A stretch of 32,319 bases of DNA, from positions 4,393,024 to 4,425,342 of the forward strand of contig CAJINV010000002.1 of assembly GCA_905178155.1 (NCBI GenBank). The letters run 5' to 3'. Below the pieces are notes generated by a model, which worked only from the letters and a program-made list of their open reading frames with translations, ran no database searches and was not told where the DNA came from. Shown piece by piece: positions 22,201 to 30,200 of the stretch; positions within the stretch are counted from its first letter, which is position 1, and every line of letters begins with the position of its first letter. Origin of the DNA: Amoebophrya sp. A120 (Eukaryota > Protista > Dinoflagellata). Made by a program: the position numbers and the translations under genes.

Positions 22201-22753
22201 TATCAGTTCTGCGAGTGCATCAGCATCCGCTAGTGGGGCGACGACGCCGACTAGCACGATCGGGTACAACATTAAAAATACCGGAAGCTATGCTGTTGCT
22301 GGACCTGGTGGCGTAGCTCATGATCATGTCAACATGCACATCTTCGGAAAGCAATACAGTGCGAGGACCACTGATCATGCCGGCAGCGAGGCTGCACCAG
22401 GAGGAAACAAGGACATTTTGGTGCAGCAAATTCATCCCGATTATCGTCCAGTTACAACTTCTTCGCTGAACCAAAAATTACAACAAGAAGTCGATGGGGG
22501 GATATGCAATACAAATTTCCCGTACATGTTGTACAACACGCATCACAAATTTCACCAATTAGCAGGAGCGTCGCACTTGTCATGCTAATCTGGGAGCGAA
22601 GCCAAGTTTTGTCATGCAGAGACCGCATCTGTACGTGTGCGGGAAATTTACTGTGGATATGGGAAGAGTCAAAGTTACGAAGAAAGGGTAGTGGTTGATG
22701 ACGACGTGGCGGAGGATGGTGTGAATGCGAGAAATGTATTTCTAACTGTATGA
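10254..22753 (+). CDS. Large hypothetical protein (~1994 aa), Ser/Gln/Ala-rich, with a coiled-coil-like segment and ~11 RPxSA motifs; 30 exons
   Basis: ATG 10254 to TGA 22751-22753. Removing 28 elements (+5 nt each) and GT-AG intron 18973-19122 leaves 5985 nt with no internal stop (MGGDDIQLDQGASTFNLE...NARNVFLTV*). Confidence 0.85.
10292..10571. mobile_element. Introner, family B
   Basis: Perfect TIR TATCCTGAGTAAAAACGTACCCACACCA; DR GCCAG. Confidence 0.9.
10757..10997. mobile_element. Introner, family E
   Basis: TATGCAAGAAAAAAACT...AGTTTTTTTCTTGGATA; DR AGCAC/AACAC. Confidence 0.85.
11245..11397. mobile_element. Introner, family F
   Basis: TATCCTGTGCAAAAGTATCG...TTGCATTGCATA; DR ACACT. Confidence 0.9.
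11470..11659. mobile_element. Introner, family B (internally deleted)
   Basis: TATCCTGAGTAAAAAC...GTCAGGATA; DR AACGC. Confidence 0.9.
11715..11982. mobile_element. Introner, family D
   Basis: TATCAAATGTAAAAGTGTCTGGGTCTGGAA TIR; DR GCTTG/GCCTG. Confidence 0.9.
12060..12330. mobile_element. Introner, family D
   Basis: D TIR; DR ACCCT/GCCCT. Confidence 0.9.
12406..12661. mobile_element. Introner, family D (inverted relative to 12060-12330)
   Basis: D TIR; DR ACGAA/ACGCA. Confidence 0.9.
12821..13044. mobile_element. Introner, family E
   Basis: TATGCAAGAAAAA...TTTTTCCTGGATA; DR GGAAC/GGCAA. Confidence 0.85.
13105..13249. mobile_element. Introner, family F
   Basis: F TIR; DR CAACA. Confidence 0.9.
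13812..13951. mobile_element. Introner, family F (reverse orientation)
   Basis: Ends TTTTGCACAGGATA; DR CAAAC. Confidence 0.9.
14567..15060. mobile_element. Introner, family G (longest, 494 bp, ~50-bp imperfect TIR)
   Basis: TATCAAGAAGAAAAATCCCCCCTCCCCATATC...GATATGGGGAGGGGGGATTTTTCCCTCTGATA; DR ATTAG. Confidence 0.9.
15497..15637. mobile_element. Introner, family F
   Basis: F TIR; DR CGCAG. Confidence 0.9.
16059..16322. mobile_element. Introner, family H
   Basis: TATGGCTTGCTCAGACGTTAC...GTAACACCTGAGCGGGTTATA; DR CAACC/CAAAT. Confidence 0.8.
16343..16494. mobile_element. Introner, family F (reverse orientation)
   Basis: F TIR; DR CGGTT. Confidence 0.9.
16532..16754. mobile_element. Introner, family I
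   Basis: TATGAGAGTGCAC...TGCACTTTCATA; DR GGATT. Confidence 0.9.
16926..17240. mobile_element. Introner, family A
   Basis: TATGGGAGTGTCAGG...CCTGACACTCCCACA; DR ACGGA. Confidence 0.9.
17339..17598. mobile_element. Introner, family D
   Basis: D TIR; DR AAGCC/AAGCT. Confidence 0.85.
17644..17805. mobile_element. Introner, family F
   Basis: F-type TIR; DR AAGTG. Confidence 0.85.
18126..18293. mobile_element. Introner, family F
   Basis: F TIR; DR GGGTG. Confidence 0.85.
18502..18816. mobile_element. Introner, family A
   Basis: A TIR; DR GCAAA. Confidence 0.9.
18973..19122 (+). other. Probable canonical GT-AG intron
   Basis: CAG|GTAGTT...ATCAG|GTC; AT-rich; 150 nt, in frame and stop-free, so removal is inferred from composition. 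Confidence 0.6.
19190..19303. mobile_element. Introner, family C
   Basis: TATCCAGGTAAAA...TTTTTCCTGGATA; DR ATTGG/ATTGC. Confidence 0.9.
19414..19579. mobile_element. Introner, family F
   Basis: F TIR; DR GAATC/AAATC. Confidence 0.85.
19833..19987. mobile_element. Introner, family F
   Basis: F-type TIR; DR AGATT/AGATC. Confidence 0.85.
20045..20273. mobile_element. Introner, family I
   Basis: TATGAAAGTGCAC...GTGCACTGTCACA; DR AGCGG. Confidence 0.85.
20763..20923. mobile_element. Introner, family F
   Basis: TACGCATTGCAAAAGTATCG...TTTTGCAGTGCATA; DR decayed (AGTAC/AGCGG); frame kept. Confidence 0.8.
20982..21263. mobile_element. Introner, family B
   Basis: B TIR; DR GAACC. Confidence 0.9.
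21317..21615. mobile_element. Introner, family D
   Basis: D-type TIR; DR GAACA/GACCA. Confidence 0.85.
22503..22659. mobile_element. Introner, family J
   Basis: TATGCAATACAAATTTCCCG...CGGGAAATTTACTGTGGATA; DR GGGGA/TGGGA. Confidence 0.85.
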
Positions 22754-24203
22754 TTTTGATTTATCCAGCTCTATATCTAATTCAATGCGCGGAAATCACG
22801 TCTGGTCTCCTGGTGACACCAGACAGACACAGACTTTGATGCATTTATTCCGTTTCGCGTGATCTCGTTAACAGCGTGCCTTTGACTTTGTACTCCCGAT
22901 CCCGCGCTTGGGCTACTTGAGCTATTATTTGCATATGGAATAAAATAAATTTGAATTTACGCGCACTTCCTTCGTATAATCGCAAAGTAAAGTGAAGAAC
23001 AAGAATTAGAGTCTGAAGTACTCTTCAATTGTCGACGTAGACTATCGTTAATTATCGTAGAAGCGATGTAATAAACAACTATGACTATCGTTAATACTAA
23101 CTAACACGCTCAGTGCGACTGTTATCTCAGACTAAACCTCAACGGAGCTGATAACCACCTACACGAATTTCCAGAAGGGATTGGTAGCAGATAAAGTTCG
23201 AAAATGGAAAATGCAAGAACATCCCCGTAGAAATAATAGTTTTATCAACAGCAGCGTTACGTGAAATCGTGTTGTGCCCAGTTTCTGTTTCGTACTCTTA
23301 AATAAAATGCACATAAAACAAAAAATGTACCGACCGACCCTTTGCGGATTGGGTAAAAATTTGACCCCAGTGTAGATCTCGTCGCGAGACGAGGACGATG
23401 AAGCCAGCTGCAGCTGCCTTCAAGTGCAGCACGAATGGAGAACGCAAGAAGCAAATGAACCGTTTCCTCACGGCTACTTGTATCAATAAGTTCCTTCTAA
23501 AAAAAAAGCAAAACCAAAGCCGCTTGTACTTCGCAGGCGTAGTGTGACTGTGCCTAGAAGTGCTGCCGTCCCGAGTCACACACTTGCTCCTTAGTGTGTT
23601 TGAAAAACAGGGGCAGGAGGTTCGACGTTTAGGGGTTAAGCCGTTGTGCTGATCGTGATTCCCGAAGTCGTGGTAAATTGTGCATTAGGTCAACATAGTA
23701 CCCTGCAGGACCCCCAGCAGGAGGTGTTTACTCACCTGCATCTCGAGCGAGTTTGAAGCGATCCATGATTCGTGCGTAGTATCACTCTGTCTGGACGATT
23801 ATGACGAGAATAAAAGACCCGACGTGAATAAAGCGATCTCCTTGTGTGTGAGCGAGTTCTGTGCACCAGCGCGTCAGATGCTACAACAAGGGCTATTGCT
23901 GCAAGATCGTAATGTCATAGGCTGCGGGCAGCAACCTGTAATTCCTACGGGAATTGATTGCCAAGAAATCAAATATTGAAAATGAAAAACATGACCCGAT
24001 CTTGACCCTCGTGCGGTGCCTTTGCAGCGCTAGCTGCTGGCGAATGAGGTGAAATAAAGCGAAAGCCCCAGCCAAGCTGCTTAAACATGTGACCAACATC
24101 GGGGAACAAGGGAAGCCGCAACCAAGGAAAAGCTGAAGCAGCCAGACCGGGTTGTACGTGAGGAAGGAAGCAGAGGCACAAATCCCGTTTCCACACATCG
24201 AAA

Positions 24204-27200
24204 ATGGGGCTCCAGAAGGTGGTCGACATGATCACCTTTCCGGCTCCGAGCAGCAGCTACTCGCTCACCAGCCACTTGGATGAGCTGTTATGGATTCTTG
24301 CAAAAGTAATATCGTACTACTTGTGGTAATCGCATTACAAATTTGCTCAGCATGACAAGAAATTTGTGATGCACAATTCCGATAATTACTACGAGTACGA
24401 TACTTTTGCACAGGATAGCTGTTTTTCATCAACGACCCGCTCCAGGAGCTCCTCCCCATCCCCTGCATGTACATCGGGTGCCCGACAAAGAACGCGATGT
24501 TCGTCTTATCCTGTGCAAAAGTATCGTACTCGTATTTTTGCAGTCATGCATTACAAATTTTTTTCTGAATCTAAATCCGCATTACAAATTTTAATTCTCA
24601 TGCTGAGGAAATTTGTAATGCATTTATACGAGTACGGTACTTTTGCAATGCATACGTCTTAGTCCATACCCACTCCAACGGGTGCGATATGGGCGACATG
24701 GTGGCCGCCATGCGGGGGCTGAGCACCCAGCTCTACGTCGACTCCGTTCTGATCGAGTACCCGGGGTACGGACTTTATCCACGAAAAGAACTGTCTTAGT
24801 GTAGGTGTTCTACTTTTGGAGTCACAGCATGACAAACTTGCTCCGCATCACAGAGAAAACTTGTAATGCAGAGCTAGCACTTGAAAACACATATGAAAGG
24901 AGGACTTCATGGGCGTCTGGCATGACAAGTGTAACTCTTTTAGATTTACTGCATCACAGACTTACACTTACGCACTTTTTTTCTTGCATAGACTCCATGA
25001 GGGCCGGGCGAGCCACCAGTCGATCGACCGGACGGTTGCGGTGGTGTATGAACTGCAAAAGTATCGTACTCGTATAAATGCATGACAAATTTCCCCAGCA
25101 TGAAACATAAAATTTGTCATGCGGATTTACCTTAAGAAAAAAATTTGTAATGCATGACTGCAATTACTACGAGTACGATACTTTTGCACAGGATATGGCG
25201 CACGAGTACTTGATAAACACGTTCTATGGGAGCGTCAGAATCGAAATCAACACAGTTCTTTGCATCAAAACTTGTGATGCATAGAATGGATACCATTTGG
25301 AAGCCCAATTTCGAAGCGGCGCATGGCAAATTTCGGCATCATCGTCCAAATCCAGTTTGTCATGCTGTTTCGCGAAAGAAGGCGGCTTTTGTCATGCTAC
25401 TTTAGCAGCTCTATCGTACTACCCCAAACGATCGTCCCAAAAAGGCTCACAATCGACCTCGCTTGCAATCCCTGCAAGACACTCACTTCGTGCCTTGCAT
25501 TTTATGCATCACAGATTACTTGTTCGACTTTTTCGATTTCAATCCTGACACCCCCATACGTTGAAAATCGAGCCGAGCAGAATCATCTGGTACGGTCGCA
25601 GTATCGGGACCGGAAGTGCCTTATCCTGTGCAAAAGTGTCGTATTCGTATTGCAATCATGCATTACGAATCTTTTTGTTAAGTCAAGTACGCATGACACA
25701 TGCTGGGGAAATTTGTAATGCATTTATACGAGTACGATACTTTTGCAGTGCATACGCCTGCGCCCTTGCGCTGCGGACGCAGGAACTGTATGGCCCGGAA
25801 AGTCTCGGCGGCCTGATCATCCAGTTATCCACAGTAAATTTCCCGTACACGTACTACCAATGCAGTCTCTGCATGACAAAACTTGCCTTCAGTCCTAGTC
25901 TAGCATGACAAGTTGGACGCTGCAAGTTAGCGAAATTTGTCATGCATTTTGTACATGTACGGGAAATTTACATTGCATACCAGTGTGGCTTCACGCATTT
26001 CAAGGATGTCGTGAAGTTCCTGTTCGTATCAAATGCAAAAATGTCTGGGTCTGGAAACTTGTAATGCTGCGTTGGGAATAGTGAATGCTCTGCAATGCAC
26101 TGCCAAGCATGAGAAATATCTGCGCTGCTTTGTGTTGCGTTTTTCGCATGACAAACGGCGTTGCTTTCGCATGACAGGCAAAAGGGTCTCTTCTTGGACA
26201 CGCATCACAAACTTTTTGTTCATGCCAGACAAGCATGACAACTTTCGCAATCTTCCAGACACAGATGACATTTTTGCATTTTATAGCTCGGCCGGGTCGC
26301 GAAGTCGCTGGTAAGACACAACTGGAACAACTTAGAAACCGTGAAGAAATTGGTAAGCTGTCCGATCTTGATCCTGCACGGATATGACAATGCACAGCTC
26401 GTCCCCCTCCCGCTCCCCCTCATTTGTGTTGCATGAACAGCAAAAATACAATCGCCAGCGAATCCGACCCTGGAGCGTGTCGTGCATGACAAATTTATGA
26501 TGTATCATCTGCTGTACTAGTATTGTTTTCGCTATCGAAATTTGTCATGCAAACAGTGCCACAGGGCCGTGACTGGATTGGGGATTTTGCATGACAAATG
26601 AGGGCGGCGAAGGTGGGGACGAGTTGTGCACTGTCATAACGGAAAGCGGGACACCATGATCCCGCACACTCAAGCGGAGGAGCTGTGGAAAGTCGTGCCC
26701 TGGAAGGAAATCTCCGAACTCTACCTGTGCAACTGCGGCCACAACGACTACAATTTTGCTAAGTGCTATCCACAGAAAAAAAAACATTCACATCCATTTT
26801 TTGCATGACAAACACAGGACTTTATTTATGTTTTGCATGACAAATTGGATGTTGCGGATGGGTGTTTTTTCCTGGATGAGTGCACTGTGGAACCGATGAG
26901 GAATTTTTTTACGCGAATCGTCGCCACAAAAGGCATCGTCGCCCCAATCCGGAAGATGCCGATACAGGCGACGTTGAAGCCCTGCGTGATCCACATCGGG
27001 CTGTTGAGAAACCGAATACCCTTTCACAGCCTCCGGAGATTATCTTGTGCAAAAGTATCGTACTCGTAGTAGTCGCAATCATGCATTACAAATCTTCATC
27101 CCAAGGCAAAACAGCATGACAAATTCCATTTGTCATGCTGAGCCAATTTGTATTGCAATTTATAGGAGTAGGTACGTTACTTTTGCAATTCATAGAGATT

Positions 27201-30200
27201 GCAAGTGGCCGACTTAGAGAAGAGACTGAAGGAAAACGCCAGTATATCGCACGAGAAAACTGTGTCACTGTAAGGATTTTGCAAGTTATTCTACATCACA
27301 GAGAAAATTTGCAATGCGAAATTCCTAATGGATTGGAAAAGAGGACAGCTAAAAATTCATTGTCTTGCATGTGTAGCAAGATGAGAAACACTTCTCCGAT
27401 ACATTTTCTGCATTACAAGTTTACTGTGAAACAATTTTCATTTCTTGCGATACAGTACAAACGTTTTCGGCGAGGACGAAAACTTCGCGGAGAATAGCAG
27501 CCGGTCGGGCGATGAAGCAGCTGCCGGAGGAAGAGATGATGCTGGAGCTGCTGCACAACACGGCAGCAACAATAGGGGTAGCACTTCTTCGAGTGTAGTA
27601 AACGGCAATGGTCCTGCAGGTGCACCAGGAGCTCGAGATAGTGGTGGAGCCGCAATCGGCTCGAACGTTGCCGGCGGGTCAAGTTCGTCCACCAGTCGGA
27701 ACAAAAACGACCGGGGGGTAGAAGAGGAAACAGCTTCTGGAAACGCCTATCCAAGAGTAGATTTTCTGTACTACACGACGTGGAAACTTTTAAATTTAAT
27801 GGATGTCGTGCATGACGAGACGTCGGTCTTGAAGACCTTGTGAAGCATGACAAGTCTTCCTCATCATGCACTTTGTTCTACGTGTAGAACGATGAAAATT
27901 TATGATGCGTTTTCCACTTGTGCGGAAAATAGTTTGTGTTGCATACCGCACAAAGCAACCACACGAAGGTATCGAACCAAAATTCCTCCCCAACCGCGGC
28001 GGAGAAGAAGTACAAATACACGCCGAACGACCGAAAGAAGTCCGCAGGGGATGACAGTTTGGAGATACGAGTTGCAAAAGCATCATACTTCTTAGTAAAT
28101 ACTTCTACTTAGTCCTCATCGCATTACAAATGGAATCTGGTGTCATTCTGATTTACCTTGAAGGTGTCGAGAAAGAGACTTGTCACGCAAAAATGCGGTT
28201 ACTACGAGTACGAACGAGTACGTTACTTTTGCACAGGATAGACGATGCACAACAACATCATCTCTAAGAGCAAGGAACCCGGTGGGGCGGGCTCGAACGT
28301 CGGTGGCGGGTCGTCTTCGTCTAGCAAAAACCCGTCACCCGCTGACTCCGGCCCCACGATATCGACCGGGAGCTACGACGAAAATGGGATACGCGGGGGA
28401 AACAGGCGAAGAGGAAAGTTTATCACAAGGAAAAGTGTTACCGTTAACGGTTTTCACAGATTGCAATCATGCATCACAAATGTAGCCCAATATGCATGCT
28501 ATGCATTACCAATTTTCGCATGTTCTGTGATGCATTGCTGCATCACAAATTCTGTTAACGTCAACACTTTTTGCTGTGATAAAGTTCGGGTGCATACCGG
28601 AGAATTGCGGCGGTAGAGGGTCGGGGGATACGGAGCTCGTTTGCAACGTCTGTCTCGATGCGAAGTGTCCGTATTTGGCGGATCCGAAGCAGCTACCAAA
28701 CTTATTGAACAGGCCGTATCCGCATGAGTTTCGGGTATAAAAGAACGAAGTTCATTTTCAACTCGTACCTGTTGTGATACTGAACAAAGATCACTCTCGC
28801 TACTGCTCTAGTACTTTCACGGTTTCCTATGCAAAAAACAAGATGCAGATTCGCTTTCATTTTTGGTCGCCGTTGCATTCGCCACGTGATGATGTTCAAC
28901 TGTACTTAAAACTCTATCCGCACAACAACTTCTCTACCACAGGCAGGCATGTTTCGTTCCGCGCGCCAGCTTATCAAATGCAATATATGTTGTCTGGGTT
29001 TGGGTACTTCTTGTGACGCTACTTCGCGAATGGTAGGCGCACTGCAAAAATGAGCCGCCACGCATGACAAGTTTCTGGGCTCCTTTGTATTTCGCTTGCC
29101 GCATCATGACAGACGCAGACTGTAGTTTTGCATACCAGGCAAGAAGCTTTTTTTCCTGCTCAAGCATTACAGATCCCAGAGTCATGTGAGACGCGCATGA
29201 AGACAAACTTGCGTCCTTCCAGACCCAGGTATATTTGCAATGCATAAAGCTGATGCACTTTCTGACCAAACGCGCGGTGAAGTTTTTCCAGGCGCTGCGG
29301 GATATGAATTGCAAAAGTCTCGTACTCGTATAAATGCATTACAAATTTCCTCAGCATTAAAAATGCAATTTGTTATGCGGGTTCAAGTTACGAAAAAGAT
29401 TTGTAATGCATAGCTGCAATTCCAATTGCTACGAGTGCGATAGTTTTGCACTGGATACGGGAGAAACTGGAGCAACTCGAAACGCCGGAAACCTTGCAAT
29501 ATCCTGTGCAAAAGTATCGTACTCGTACCAATCGCATTCGTGCATTACAAATTTCTTTCTCAGGTTAAATCCGCATTACAAATCTTTTTTCTCATGCTGA
29601 GAAAATTTGTCATGCGATTTATACTAGTTGTACGATGCTTCTGCGCTTCATATGCAAATCTGCGACCTGATAGAAGTCGTCCAGGCGGAATATTGGCTTC
29701 GGTGCCCGTTCCCGATATTGTATGAGGAAATTCTCATGCTGAAAACCGGGCAGAAATCAGCGTTGTCCGTGATGGCGTTTGGGTATGAAAGCCTCAGCTT
29801 GGAAATCCTCAAGGTGGAAATACCTTGTGATGCATGAAGTGCGACGCAAAAAACCCTGCATTGCAGAGGACGCAATGGGGGCCGACTATTGTCCTGCTAA
29901 GGGTGGAGAGTTGGGGTGCTGCTTGGCACGAGAGAACGGCACCCCTTTGCCTTAACCTGCATGACAGACATGCTTTAAGTGCCTGGGAAATTTGTCATGC
30001 GCCGACTACAAATGGAAATGGCTCTTCAACTGCCGTCGTTTCTTTGCACCACAAATTATTTCCACTTTGAGAATTTCCATTCTGAGGCTTCATATTGGAC
30101 CGTTTCGGATAGTGGAGCACCCGCCGACGCAGGATGTGATGCCAAAAGCCTCTAACTACGAAGCGTTTTCCGAAGAGGAATACGATGGAAAACGCGTGTT

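Noticed and set aside
27748-28024. Longer element boundary using a perfect ACGCC direct repeat at 28020
   Set aside because: No TIR at that end and it leads to a TGA; ending at 27945 gives TIR similarity and an open frame
28735-28848. Shorter intron using the AG at 28848
   Set aside because: It enters a frame that hits a stop after the next exons; the AG at 28942 fits
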